Below, one piece after another: positions 36,136-49,020 of a stretch of 64,000 bases of DNA. The position numbers were made by a program, and so were the translations under genes. This DNA comes from Camelus dromedarius (lineage: Eukaryota), in the NCBI RefSeq assembly GCF_036321535.1, contig NC_087462.1, positions 17,608,001 through 17,672,000 of the forward strand, in the 5' to 3' direction. The notes beneath the pieces are model-generated. The model saw nothing but the letters and a program-made list of their open reading frames with translations. It searched no databases and was not told the origin of the DNA. Numbering within the stretch: position 1 is the stretch's first letter; every line of letters starts with the position of its first letter.

Positions 36136-36687
36136 TGTTGACTGATGGTGATGGTTAATCTCCTCAGCATTTCCTTCCTTGTTTTTTAATTGCAACACTC
36201 CCCCATGTCTTATGCAGAGCCAATCTTCCCTGCATTTTAGGTCCTGTGCACGGGTGGGCAGAGCACATGGCCCTGGTCTGAGCCAATCAGAGCTTCTCAT
36301 TCCTCCGGCCATGACTCAGCTGGAACCAATGGGAGGGGGTGAGTTTGCAGGAATGCTGGAACAAACACAAAGGCAGGTATTATTGTCTGCTCAACTTGAA
36401 CCTGAGGGATGTGAGGTCTGGAGCTGTGGTGGCCATCACGCCACAGTGAGGGGAGGGCTTGTCTGTAAGTGGAGCCAATGCAGAGGAAATTAGGGCAGAA
36501 GGGAAGCAAGAGGGAGAAACTGAGTGTGGTGGTCGCATCTGAATCCCTGATTAAATCATCCTGCAGGTCGTCTGACTCCCGGACTTTTCAGATCCATGAG
36601 ACAATCCACTTTTTTTTCTTTTATTAAAGTAAATGTGGGTTGATTTTTTCCTAAAACTTTGTAACTGAAAGACACCTAACCAACACA
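36136..36687 (+). mobile_element. ERVL-MaLR solo LTR (MLT1J/K/L-like)
   Basis: CACATGGCCCTGGTCTGAGCCAATCAGAG...GAACCTGAGGGATGTGAGGTCTGGAGCTG...GGACTTTTCAGATCCATGAGACAAT...TAACTGAAAGACACCTAACCAACACA. Confidence 0.8.
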
Positions 36688-37349
36688 GTAAGACTTTTAC
36701 AACGAGCTGTCCAACCTCACGAAGAAAACACCCCGTTCACATTCTCCCCACAACATGCTGACGCCGAGTCTTCCACAGAAAGCATATATGTGCAGTTCAG
36801 GAAATCAGAGGACGTCCTAGAGCTCAGTTTTTCCACGTCTCCTCTTACATTTATTCTCACAACTTCCCCTCCTACAGTGCTCCGTGCTATTTAGGTAAAT
36901 CCCGTAACGTAGAGCCACAGTGGTGATGCCCATGTAATAGGGGAGAAGGCAGCTAAGGCCAAGAGAGGTGAATGAACTTGCCCGAGGTCAAGGGACCCCT
37001 GGTGGAGTTATCCCTCTGCATTTCCTGGGGGTTGGGGTAAGGGCCCCTCGACACTTGGATGGTGGGGGCCTTCCCTTTCGGGCTACGTAGTCGTCCCCTC
37101 CCTCCAGCAGTGCAAAGGTAGCTCTCAGCCCGCACTGGGAGCTGGAGGGAGATGGCTTTCAACAAGCTCATCAGCCAGAACATTGGCAGTCCTGCCACTG
37201 TCTCAGTTCCCAGTGCCCTCGCCCACCTCTCCCCTGCACAAACCTTCCTTTATCACTTATGTGACCTTGACCCTTCCAGGCAGGTGTGAGCACTGCCCTC
37301 TGGGTCCGCACCAGTTCTGTTTTCCTCCACCAGCAAACACGTGGAGGTT

Positions 37350-37530
37350 TTAGCACAGGCTTTGAGTCAGAAGGACATGGGATCCAGTTGTGACTCTTAC
37401 TTTTTATCCATATGACTTTACGTAAGTGATAACCTAAGACTCAGTTTCCTCACCTTTAAAGTGCAGTCATAATAATATAGATCTCACGGGGCTCCTGCAA
37501 ATTAACGAGATATGTATAAACCCTTGGCGT
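37350..37530 (+). mobile_element. MIR SINE
   Basis: GGCTTTGAGTCAGA...GACTCAGTTTCCTCACCTTTAAAGTG...GAGATATGTATAAAC. Confidence 0.8.
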
Positions 37531-37894
37531 GGGTCTAACAATAGAAAACACTGTTAACAGCATCTAATATTCAGTGAGCATGGACTGCCAGCACATCGCT
37601 TCCCGGTCACTAAGCTGTAGCTTGTTCTGTTTATCTGATCCCTATGTTCAATGGCTGCTTCAGATCCTGCCTTCCCCCTTAACCTCTGATCCCACAACGC
37701 TAGTTCTCGCTCCCTCTGCTCTGGATTCCACTGCACTTGACATCAGAGCCACTCTGTGACTTGCTTTCATTATTTACGTCCATCAGGTGGGTTTCCTCCC
37801 ATACATTCAGGATGACCTGTTTCTCCCACGCAGACTACCTGTGCCATCCTGTTTTCTGTTCATGCTGATCTTACCTCCCGTACAGCCAAGTGGT

Positions 37895-38095
37895 CAAGGC
37901 CATGAGCTTTAGGGCCAAACTATCCTGGTTTCAAAATTAAGCTCTTTGTTTCATCACCTTAAAAAAGTAACAGCCTCTCAGTCTCAGTGTCTTCATCTAT
38001 AAAATGGGGGTATAATAATAAAACCCGCCTCTCAGAGTTGTTGGAAACAGTCTAGGAGACACTGCCTGCAAGCACTAGGCATGTTTGTTTATCAC
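37895..38095 (+). mobile_element. MIR SINE
   Basis: GCCTCTCAGTCTCAGTGTCTTCATCTATAAAATGGGGGTATAATAATA...CAGAGTTGTTGG. Confidence 0.85.
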
Positions 38096-38254
38096 GTGCC
38101 ACGGCACACTCTCCCCATGTTAATGTAATTACAGCCTTGGCCACACAACACTAGCTTGTTGCCTCTGACCGGGTAGGAACTGAATTGGTTTTTAACCCAG
38201 AGGCATCTGTTTCCTTCTCCGTGGTTACCTGCACTTGCCCACATTCCCCCTTAC

Positions 38255-38271
38255 GGCCACGAGGTGGCAGC
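38255..38271 (+). promoter_or_regulatory. Candidate CTCF-binding motif
   Basis: GGCCACGAGGTGGCAGC fits the CCASYAGRKGGCRS core except G at the Y position. Confidence 0.45.
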
Positions 38272-41269
38272 CTATCCATTAGAGAGGGAGCTTCCGTTCT
38301 CAGAGCAGGGGGAGAGGATGAAAGGATTTCTTACAAAATAAAGATGATTTTTTCCCCTTTTTTGGTGGTGGAGGGGGCAGGGGTTCACTGAAAATCCTCG
38401 CAAGCTCCTGCTTCCTTCCATTTTCTGTGAGTTTCATATCAGTTCAACAGCAGCCCGAAGTGACACAGAGAAGCAGGTTAAACACGGCAACCAAACTTGA
38501 AGGTGCTGCCTTTTGAGGAAAGCAGTTGTTGGCACCTTCCAACCTCATTCCCACCACCAGGCTCCATCAGAAAGCCCACTGGGCTAGAAATCCCCTCTAG
38601 GCTGGGCTTCCCCTACCCCACATCTATTTTAAGGTGTCAGGGAGGCTGCTGCAGGGCGCTGTAAATGCACCTAGGATCACTGTTTTGTCCAGAACTTCCC
38701 TGGTTTTAGGACAGAAAGTCCTATGTCCCGGGAGGTGCTTCAGTCCCAGACAAGCTGGGACGGTTGGTCACTCCAAGGTATCTCTCTGCCGCATCGCTCC
38801 TTTAACACCACGACCTGGTTTTCCTCTCTCTCTCAGTGACATGGGTATACAGTTTGCCAAAGCCCTAGCATTCTACCACTGTGTATTTGGAAGGGATTAC
38901 AGACAACACTCAGTTTCCCGAGGACAGAACGGGCTTGCCTAGGGCACGTGACCTGGCTGGCAAGGAGTGATCCAGAACCTTGGGTCTCAGCTACAGCTCT
39001 GTCCATGGGCTTCCTGGCCACTGGGGAGCCACAGGACACAGAAGGAGGGGTGTCTGGCTTCCCGGCCACTTTCTCAGAATAGCTTCTGGAAAATAGCAAC
39101 CCAGAGCAGGACGCACCCAGAGAGACTGGAAAGTAACTTAAAGCAAACTTCACCCCCAGATGCTTAAGGGTGTAATTAACTCGCTCCTCAGTACACACAC
39201 ATTCTGGGATTTAAACTTAACCTGGACGGCAGGCCTTCACAGATCTTGCTTTGGGAGGCTGGAGCAGGCTGGAGGAGGATTAACCAGGAGACTTAGCCCT
39301 CAGGGGCCAGCGGGGCAAGAATTGAGCCACAAAAGCCTTCCTGGATTTTGCCTCCAGAGAAAAGAATGCACTAGCTTTCTCCTGGAATCTATCTGGCGCT
39401 CCCCATCTCAGCCCTGTCAGCCGTTTGTCCTTCTCGTTCCCTTCAGAAAGCCAAACTTTCTGGATTTATTTTCATTAACAAATCCTGCTGAAGCAAAGTC
39501 CCGCTCTCCGCGTTATCGGCCGCTTACATCTCCAGTCTCAGCCCCGGCACTGAACTGATTTGCCTCAGAGACACACAACTGAATTCCCATTTTTTTTTAT
39601 TAGAAAGCTAAGCTGAATGCAGGAAAGCTTTGCAAAACAGCATAGAAAGAAAGCCATGAAAACCAGGCATACCCATTCATGACTGAATACAGTATGTATA
39701 CCTCTTTAAGAAATGATCTTTTTGTGGTTTTTTTTTCCTTTTTTTGGCAAAAAATTCTCACAAAATACAATTCTTATTAGTAACAAAAAATTTCAGAAAT
39801 TGATTTTCCAAAACAATGTTTGCAGAGAATGAAAGTATGAAGGAACAAACCCAAGCAATTCTTCTACCAAACAGAAGATGAGCTGCCAACTTAGGTTTCG
39901 CTACTTGAAAGGAATCTGCTAAGAACCCAGTAGAGAGACTTCTGGCAAACCTCCTGTGGGATTTGCCCCACTTGTCCCCCTCCCCAGGGTCAGTAAAAAG
40001 GACAGCCCAACCAGGGGAAGGCTGTGGGGACAAGTCACAGCCTCTGCATCTAATTTAATTCCAAAAGTTCTACAGCGAGCTAGCTAAACCCAAAAACAGC
40101 TAGGGAAGTCTGAGTTGCAACTATCACCTGCAAGGAGAGAAAAGGCAGGTACAAACTGAGGCAAAGCAGCAGGGAAAAGACCTGGAAAAGGAAGGGGTAC
40201 TCCCTGCCCCCAGTGCGCCACTCAAATGGGAGGACAGGAGGAAAGGGGAGAAGGAACGGGTGATCGGCTGAGGGACGTGGAGTTCCATCTCGGGGATGCC
40301 AGACACCTGGGGAGGGACCTGGGACAAGTTATTCACCTGCCCGGGTTTGATTTCCTTTTCCTGGAAGTGGTGGGGTCAGGAGCAACGTCCTTTGAGGTCC
40401 CTTTTATCGTTACCAGTTCTGTGAGTAAATATGTAGCTGGCCCACAGCAGTCAAGAGGTAAAAACGAGAAGACTGGGAAGTCCAGACCCACTTCATAAAG
40501 GCCCCACAGCCGCCTCCCCCGTCTGTGGGTTCAGAACAGTGCCAAGCTCCTGTTCTCGGACCAAGCCATTGGATCCTAAGCGCCTTTCCCTAAAGATGTG
40601 AAGGCGTTGGGCTGGCCCAGGGAACTGACCACAGTCCCAGGAAGCAGAGACGGGCCTCCAGGCGGGGCTGCCAGGAGGTCCATGTTCTGCCCTGGGAGCT
40701 GTGGCCTTGCGGGCTTCTGGGTCAAGAGCACCTCCCCTCCCACAGTCTCTTCTCCCACAGCCCCTCCTCCACCAGTCAACAAAGCAGAGACCAAAGGGGG
40801 ACCGGGGAGGGTGGGACAAGGCGAGAAACACCAGTTCCAGCTCCCTAACGTTCAAGGAAAGCCTTTGTTTTCATGTTAGACATTTTTGTTCTGTTTTGTC
40901 TTAAATGACTCAGGTCCCGTGAAATCTGGTATCTTCTATTTCCCTTTCCTATCCAGTCCTCATCTCTCTCCATCTCTTCCACCATCACCTGGCAGCCTTG
41001 AGAGCATTATCCTCATTAAATTTGATTACAATCAACAAGTTTACAATTATGTCCCTGCCCCAGCCAGGAGCCTGAGCAGCCAGCCTGGCTTCAAAAGGAG
41101 AGGCAAGGGGACCAGGGACAGGGTCCCTCTCAGGTGGATCAGTGCTTTGGTCCGTCAGCTGACCACTGGTTCAGTCTGGAGAACATGCTCTGAGGAGGCT
41201 TCAGGAAAGCACACACTTCAGTTTTCCGTGGAGAATGCTGGATGTGAGGGCTGGCGTTCATGAGGGTAC

Positions 41270-41500
41270 CTGTCATTTATACACTGTTTGCTGGTCAGTG
41301 CCAAGCCCTGTGCCAAGTACTTGTTTGCATTATCCCTTTTCATTTGTCACCGCTGCCTTGTGAGATGGGCATGATCATCTTCATGCTGCAAACGGGGACA
41401 AAGAAGCTCAGAGAGGTCAGGGGATGCATCCAAAACCGCACAGCCAGCAATTGGCACAGCTGAGCCCGGAACCCAGATCTTTGTTATTGCGAAGCACGTG
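41270..41500 (-). mobile_element. MIR SINE
   Basis: GTGCCAAGCCCTGTGCCAAG...AAGCTCAGAGAGGTCAGGG...GAGCCCGGAACCCAGATCT. Confidence 0.85.
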
Positions 41501-41569
41501 CCGTTACTAAACACTGTACTAAAGTGCTTGCTTCTCGGCAAGAACCTCTGAGTGCACTAACGACGGCGG

Positions 41570-41775
41570 GTGTTTACGTGAGTGGGTACTACGTGCCGGG
41601 GACTGAGCTGAGTCTTCTCGCATCCCTCCAAAAGACTTACAAAGCAGGTGTCACTTGTATCCTCATTTTAGAGCGGAAGAAGCTGAGACTCAGAGGGTTC
41701 AAAAGGAAGGAGTGGTAGGGCTGGGATCTGAACTGCTCCAAGGCTTTTGCTCTCACCAGCATGTGACAGCCTGGC
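41570..41775 (-). mobile_element. MIR SINE
   Basis: TACTACGTGCCGGGGACTG...TATCCTCATTTTAGAGCGGAAGAAGCTGAGACTCAGAGGG...GGGATCTGAACT. Confidence 0.8.
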
Positions 41776-42861
41776 CCTGCCACCTGCCTGGCAGTGAAGG
41801 GAGCAGGGGGCCCGCAGCCCCAGGCTCAGCACAGACTCAGTGCCCCAGGTGCTGGGGCTGGATCACGGGCATCATAAACCATGGCTGTCCACCTTGGCTT
41901 TGTGTTCCAGCAGCCAACCTGTAGCCAGGTTGGGGGAAATAGAGTTCCATGATGATCTGGACGGAGAACCAGGAAGAGGCTCGCCCTCCTCTGTAGATTT
42001 TGCCCGGGACCCGAGGAACACCCTCTGTAGCCTTTGTAGCAGGCAGATGTTTTTAAAAGCCTGTCCCGGAAACCTGAGAGGAGAAAGCCCCTTTCTCAGA
42101 GGGGCCACCCCTGCCCGGCCCTCACCGTGCAAGCGCAGCCCAGACTGCTGCCTGCCTCTCCCCCCATTTCCCTCTTACTCTGCCTTTGCAACTCCCAGCT
42201 GCCTGACCCAGGAGCCTGGGAGTGGAGGTGGGGCAACGCTGCTCTGCAGAGCCTTTCAGGACCTGAGAGGCCCCCGGCTGGCAGACTCATTTTTTATTTA
42301 AAAGGAAAGCAAACAGCAATATAAAAGGGCCCATATAAGAACTCAGTGTGCAAGTAGAACCTGCCTCGGGCAAATTTCTCTCATTTTCCTGAAAAATGTG
42401 CATTTTACCTTTTGGCCCAAAGCCATTGCATTTGCCTCTGGACCTGCCCCCCCCCCCGCCCTCCCTCCTCTCCTGGGCCACCATTCATTGGCTGAGAAGT
42501 TGCCCCTTGCAGAAAAGAGAGTGACCCCCCGCATTTTCTTCAGACGCTTTATGAGGGGCTGGCAAAGAGTTTTCGACTTTACTCCCTTCCCAGCCGGCGT
42601 CCATGGAAGTCACTCCCACGCAGTGCGAGGCGACCTTGTGAGTCAGGAGCAGGGGGCCTGATGACAGATGCGAGGACCCTCAGCTCCATCCGAAAGGGAA
42701 AACAGAATTATGATGACTCAGAACCCTGTAGAATTCTGCTGAGGTTTGCTTTCACTTTTTGCAAGGGCTAATTAAGCTGGATTTGTAAATGGGTTTTTAT
42801 TTATTTTTTCCTGTGGATATAATTATAGCTTGACTCCTGCGGATAGAACCTCTAAATCAGT

Positions 42862-43104
42862 CAGTGGTCTTCAAACTCTTTTTTTTTTTTTTTCAAAGCA
42901 GTGGAACCTTCTGTCAATGAGGTAGTATGCAGAACCACGGCATAAAGAATGGGTGAAAACAGACGTTCTGGGCTGGAGGCAGAAGGCCTGGAGCCTCGCC
43001 CACTGGGCTTCTGTTACCTCCCGGACCCTTTCCCCCTGCCTCAGTCCCTCACATAGTGCAGGGAACCTCAGGGTTCCGAGGAACGCAGTTTGAGAAATAC
43101 CACT
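42862..43104 (+). mobile_element. hAT-Charlie family MITE (subfamily not assigned)
   Basis: Termini CAGTGGTCTTCAAACT and CAGTTTGAGAAATACCACT form inverted repeats; internal GGAACCTCAGGGTTCCGAGGAAC. Confidence 0.7.
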
Positions 43105-44599
43105 TTTGATGGCTGAATACTCCTTGGAACGTATTTTCTAGCGGCTGCCTCCCAGGATTACTGCAGCAGTTTCGTATCCCAGGGTCATTAGCTTCTCCAC
43201 TTTGTGGGGGTTGATATAGTGTCCCCCTCGTACTAGAAAATGCCAGGCGGGGTCTTAGCCAAGGCTCTTGATGGGCAGAACAATGACCACCAGAGCTCCA
43301 CGTGAGCTTCAAAGCGTTCTCTGGGTTGGAAAGGGTGACAAGTGCATGAGGGTCTCAAGGAGGGTCAGCTGCCGGGGCTGCAGGAGGTGGGTGTTTAGAG
43401 GCTGGGAAACCCATGCGGCTCCATTAGGCCCCAGATGAAAACAGTCCTTCTGGGCTCATTCTAAGCCTCAGGTCTGACATTTAGAGATTTATATTCTCTC
43501 CCCAACCGAAAAGACACCTTTCCTCTCCATCTCCTAAGGGACTGAGGAAACCTGAGACGTCGGACAAGTGCAGGACGGCCAGATCCTTGGGGAGCCGCCG
43601 ACAGGTGGAGGGGACCAAGCGGGACTCGGCTCCGTGCTCTTGTCCAGGCTCCCGGGGCGGGGTGAGCGGCGATGCATGCATTAGTCTACCTTCACACAGG
43701 CTCGTGCGTGGTGCCTGCCTGCAAGGATCGTCCCGTGCTTTTCCAGAGACTCCTCCCCTAACCCTTCCGAAGCAGGCCGCACACAGGAAGCCACCACACA
43801 GATGCGGAGAAGGAGGCGGCAGGAGATGAAAGGTCAGATAACCAAATCCCCCAGGAAGGCCATCTCCCTCCACCAGCTGGAGGCGCCCTCGCAACCTGTT
43901 GTGCATGTGCTCTCGTCGCAGAGGGACGTTCCGTTTCTGGTGACTGCGTGCTTTTCTACCTCCTCACTAAGACTGGGGGCAAAGGGTTTCTGTTTTCTCA
44001 TCTACTTTCTAAGTGACCAAGGAAAAAAAAATATCCTGACTAAATGATGAAAGTCAGAAAATAAAGACAAGGAAAGTGATGCCTGGCATGGAAACCCTCC
44101 CTCTGCCCCGGGCGGTGCCTGTCTGGTGCTGCACCGATGACAGAGCCAGATGAGAACATGACCAACCCGCCCGGCCTCGTCCCACTCGGGCAAAGCCCTG
44201 GGATTCCTCTGGATGTGACGTGACAATATAAATAAAAGCAAAGCACAGAATTTATGGACTGTGAGCTTCTAGCAGCAGCTGATGGAGCAGGGTTTCTGGA
44301 ATCAGCTAGGATTGAAGGGTGCCTGGGGTCGCGCTGGGGGACGTAGAGGAGACATCAGAGGCTGGGCTTCTTGTTCTGATTGGCCCCTAGCAGGCTAGCT
44401 GTGTGGCTCTGGGAGGAGACGGAGGAGAAGAAAAGCGTTTTCCCAGCTGCCCGCAGACCTCCTTGTCCCAGAGGCGCAGGAGTCAGAAGGCTGTGTGATC
44501 CCCTCGGAAGGCTCCAGAACCCACCGGCTTTAAGATTCACAACCCTGAACAACGAACGGGGCAAAGGGGACCCTGGGTGCTGGGAGGGGTGTGATGCTG

Positions 44600-44740
44600 G
44601 TTAAGAACCTCTTTCAGGGCTTCCTGGGACCTAGAGCAAATCCAAAGGCATCTTCTGGACTTACAAAAAAAGAGCCCTGAATTTTACACGGCCTTCTACC
44701 TTTATTTTCCACACATCCTCACCTGGAACTTGCTCGGATC
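44600..44740 (+). mobile_element. L2 LINE fragment
   Basis: GGGCTTCCTGGGACCTAGAGCAAATCCAAAGG...GAGCCCTG...GCCTTCTACC. Confidence 0.45.
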
Positions 44741-44889
44741 CTACAAGGCTGAAAGGCACCATCCTAGGATTCACTTATGGGTCCATCTTGGTCTCCTCCC
44801 ACGCCCAACCAGATTGTTTATTTACACACCCACCCAAATCCCACCTTGCCCCTAAGATTAACAGCCTGTCCATCCCCTGGTCAAAATGG

Positions 44890-45100
44890 TGATGAACAGA
44901 ACAATAACATTCAGTGCTAGTAAGCTTCACCAGGCTTTCTACTTTGCACGTGTCTTATTTAATGCTTAAAACAAGCCTCTAAGTTAGGAGCTATTATTCA
45001 CCCCATTTTTACATGAGGTAACTGAGAAATATGGTGCCCTGCTCAAGATCACGTAGTTGGTAGGGGACAGAGGCAAGATTGAAACCAATCTTACTTAGGA
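44890..45100 (-). mobile_element. MIR SINE
   Basis: TATTATTCACCCCATTTTTACATGAGGTAACTGAG...CTCAAGATCACGTAG...GCAAGATTGAAACC. Confidence 0.85.
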
Positions 45101-45109
45101 GCTCCATCC

Positions 45110-45535
45110 TTTTCTTTTTTTATTGAAGTCGAGTTGATTTACAATGTTGTGCTAGGTTCTGGTGTACAGTACGGTGATTCAGTTATACACACACTTTTTT
45201 TTTGTATTCTTTTCCATTATAGGTTATTACAAGCTATTGAATACAGTTCCCAGTGCTATTCAGTAGGACCTTGTTGTTTATCTATTTTATACATAGTAGT
45301 TTGTGTTTCCTAATTCCAAATGCCTAATTTATCCCTCCCTCCCCTCTTTCCCCTTTGGTAACCATAAATTTGCTTTCTATGTTTGTGAGTCTGTTTCTGT
45401 TTTGTAAACAAGTTCATTTGTGTCCATTCTTTAGATTCCACATGTAAGTGATATTATATGATTTTTGTCTTTCTGTGCCTGACTGACTTCACTTAAGTAT
45501 GATCATCTCTAGGTCCATCCATGTTGCTGGAAATC
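45110..45535 (-). mobile_element. L1 3'-UTR fragment (artiodactyl type)
   Basis: TTTTATTGAAGTCGAGTTGATTTACAATGTTGTG...CCCTTTGGTAACCATAAATTTG...GATTCCACATGTAAGTGAT...TAGGTCCATCCATGTTGCTGGAAAT. Confidence 0.95.
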
Positions 45536-48500
45536 GGAGGCCCCCCTGTTACGCGTGCCCCTCACCTGCCGCGTGCACGCTGCACCTCCTGATACTGACA
45601 GTGCAACCAAGTGGACCAACACAGAGCACACAGAACTTTCCAGCACGCGTTGCAGAAAAGTGTTCAAAAGGGAGCTCTTCCGGGCTGGGCTGAAAAGGGC
45701 AGTGCGGGCAGGACAAGGGAAATGAGGCACTTGAATCATCCAACAGGATGGATACTCCAAGCATCACTTACTCTGCTGTCGAATGAACTGCTCCTCCGCA
45801 CCCCGATTCCTGAATATGAGACCTAGTCACGGTTTGCACAAGCTAAGGCTAAACTTAGTTTTTCTTCTCCGGGTACTCAATGATTAAGAGATGAAAGAAA
45901 GCGATTTGAATTGTCTTAGGGGGTTAGGAGGGAAAAAAAAAAAAACTTGGCTAATCTACTGTCAGAAAATTGAGGATTATTCGTGTCAAGAAGTCTGGTC
46001 CCCTGGGAGGGCCCATTTGACACATTTGCAAAATAAATGATTCTCATTAGTCAGAAGGAAATGGTTCCAATGGACTGGGAACTTGTAGTCTCCGATGGTC
46101 ACCTGTCTTCCCTTGCTCCCCACTGCCTCCTGCCCCTTTTGGTGGTGTTAACTGCTTACCTGGCAAAACCAGCATCAAGCTGGCACCTGCCAACTCTGCA
46201 CACAGACCAACTCCCCAACACAAGGCCAAAACACATTGGACATCTGGGCCTCTGTTCTCGTGCAGAGCTGGAGCACTATGGTTAATTTCCCAGAGGAAGG
46301 CTGCTAATTGAATCCACTTCCTACGGCAACGGGCATCCATTCTGGCTCCTCTTGACCAACCATACGCACCCTCCCTACCCTTCCTCCCCTCAAACATTCA
46401 ACTGGTGACTGCCACGATCATTAAGGCACATGAAAACACTCAGTGCAGCGCCAGGCACAGAGCACGGGCACCAGGAAGCTCGGAGAAGCTCAGTGTGGCT
46501 GGGCAGCTGGGAAAGGAACAGGAGTGAACAGACTTCTGTTCCCCTTCCAGGGAGGCCTCCGCTTTTCAGACGGAGGAACAAACACAGAGACATCTGGTCT
46601 GCAAGCAGAGAGAGCCCCTCCAGAGGCCAGCCGGGCTTCCTCCTCCCCAGACACACATGATTTACCTGGGCTGACGTCAACACGGGGACATCTGAGCTAC
46701 AAATATCCTTTCCCATTTCACACCGGAGTGACATAAAATGGTTCCATTTTAAGCAGATGGGAGATGGGAAAGAGGAGGACTGGAGCTAAATTTTCATTTT
46801 TAATGAACACAAATGAAATAGTCTTCCCTAGGTACTTAAGACTTATGCAAGAGAATCTATCAATGGCTGCCAACGACCCCCACTGCTTCGACATACACGG
46901 GGGCTTCGGCCACACGGTCCAAGCCCTTCAGGATGCCACTGGTTGACTTCTTAAAATGTGAATTCAGAAACCCATGAGGAACTCTGTTCATACTGACCTT
47001 CAACTCTTGCCTGGCAGGAATTTACCTGATGCAAGTTACAGTAGCCGGTTTTTAAATGGCCCTTCATACTTGGTCACATTACTCCGGTCAGGGCAGAGAT
47101 TTGGCATCAGGCCAGTCCATCCAATTCCCAGGCAGAGGTGACAGGAAGGAGAGCTCCCGAGAGTGAGGGGCCCCAGCCATCTGCGTTTTCATGGCCTCCC
47201 CTGGGATGCAGAAGCAACTGAGACCCAGGCCTGCCTCAGGAGGTGGGCAGGCGGAGCAGGGGACCAGCTGATGAACGGTAGGATGTGGCTCATGGTCTGG
47301 GCAAGTTCAGGATCCTTTGAGCCATGCCAGGACCAGCAGGTGACTGCTGCAGGTCTGCTGTACAAGCCGGTCATCCTTACAGCTGTGAGGCAGGGTGAGA
47401 GCCCCCTCAAGAAATCACAGTGGAAGGGAGGGAGCAACTGCCTCCCTGACAAAGACCCTCAGCCTCCTGGGGTTCCCTATTTCTAACCCAGGGGAACCCA
47501 ACTTTCTACCCCATACAGTAGGGATCGCACATCTGCCAGCCCCTTCCTGAAGAGTGACGCCTGTGTTCTCTAGGACACAGGGCCTGGGAGCTGGTGCCCT
47601 GAGAGTTCACATTGTGCCCTGGGAAAAGCTGTGCTCAGCACCCCTGGTGTGTGGATCCCTGAGGGCATGGAGGGTTGGGGAGGGGAATGCCCTTCAAGAG
47701 GGGAAGCTATGCATGGGGCCCAAAGATTTGGGAGGGGCCTTGCTCCCTGCTGTGCCTCAGGGATGGGGGAAAACCTCAGGAGTCACAGCTGTGTGGCCTG
47801 TCCAGAAGCCTTGCCAAAAGTTCCCTTTCCCAGCAAAACTCAGAAAAAGCAGAGCTGCTGCAAACCGAGGGACCTCGGTGGGCCAGGGTTAAGGAGAGGG
47901 GGGCAGTGCTGCCATCCTTCGTTTCCGGGCACAGTGCACTGTGCAAACCCCTAACCCTGCTGCGAGGGATGCTGGAAGGGAGAAGGGGAGAAGACCCAGG
48001 GAGTGACTGGTGCGGAGTTTCCAACCAGCCTGGGAAGACAGGGACTTATGGGTCAAAGTCAGGTTCATGGAAATGGTATTCCCTGCATACCTGAACTTGC
48101 CCTGGGCATTTCACAGCCCCCTGTAGCCCCTCTTTGGCCTTATCTTTGGCGTCTATAAGAGACCAGAGCTCTATCCTTCATGTAATCACCTTTCCCTGAA
48201 TTTGGGACCAATTTCCTCGTATTCTCTCTCTCTCCTGTTCATGTTGAAAACCAGGTGGAAGTGCTCGGTAATAAATTCTAGCAATCGCTTGGGACATAGG
48301 GATGGTTCTGGTTTCTCAGAGTTTCAAGAAGGAAAGTCGTCCAGATTGTCTCTGGAATAAAATGTCACCAGAAAATGCATCTGAAGAATAAAACACTCTG
48401 TTGAGGCTGAAAATGGCACATCCCTTCGCCCTTTCCTTGATTCATTTTGGCTTTAGAAAGAACAGTCACAAACTCCCAAATGCCTTCAAAAGGATCTGAT

Positions 48501-48631
48501 CTCTACGCGAGATCGAAGAGATCGTGGTTTATAATTCAAAGAAGCTGACTTTCCTGGCTCTAATGTTTTGCACCCCAATTTTATACCACGTCATGTCCCA
48601 GTGAACTCTGAAGCTTAGAACTGAGAAACGC

Positions 48632-48815
48632 CAGTGGACAGTGTGAGGCTGAGTGCCTGGCAGCCTCAGCGTCACCTGGGAACTTGTTAGAAATGCCAAT
48701 TTGGGGACCCCACCTGACAGCCACTGAATCAGAAACTCTGGGAGGAGGCAGCCCAGCCACCTGTGTTCCGCTGAGTCCCCTGCGGGATGCTGGGTGGCCT
48801 TCCAAGAACGAGAAC
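48632..48815 (+). mobile_element. MER5A hAT-Charlie MITE
   Basis: CAGCGTCACCTGGGAACTTGTTAGAAATGCCAATTTGGGGACCCCACC...ACTGAATCAGAAACTCTGGG. Confidence 0.9.
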
Positions 48816-48839
48816 CTCTGGTCAGGGGTTCGAGACCCC

Positions 48840-49020
48840 AAGCTCTGGCATCAGACAGACCTGGGTTTGAATCCTAGATCTTCTACTGCTGGTTTCATCT
48901 TTCTTTACCTGGTTCTCTGATCTGATAAACAGGAATAATAATCTCCACCTCACAGGGTTGTCAGATCAAGTGAAACAACACAGCTACACAGAGCCTGGTG
49001 TGAGTATTTTCGGGATGCTT
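48840..49020 (+). mobile_element. MIR SINE
   Basis: GCTCTGGCATCAGACAGACCTGGGTTTGAATCC...ATAATAATCTCCACCTCACAGGGTTGTCAG. Confidence 0.85.

Noticed and set aside
44478-44491. GGAGTCAGAAGGC, matching the 3' part of miR-378
   Set aside because: Only 13 nt match, with no seed and no hairpin.
46141-46397. Strong minus-strand donor CAG|GTAAGC after a hydrophobic reading frame
   Set aside because: No convincing acceptor or start, and the peptide is not recognised.
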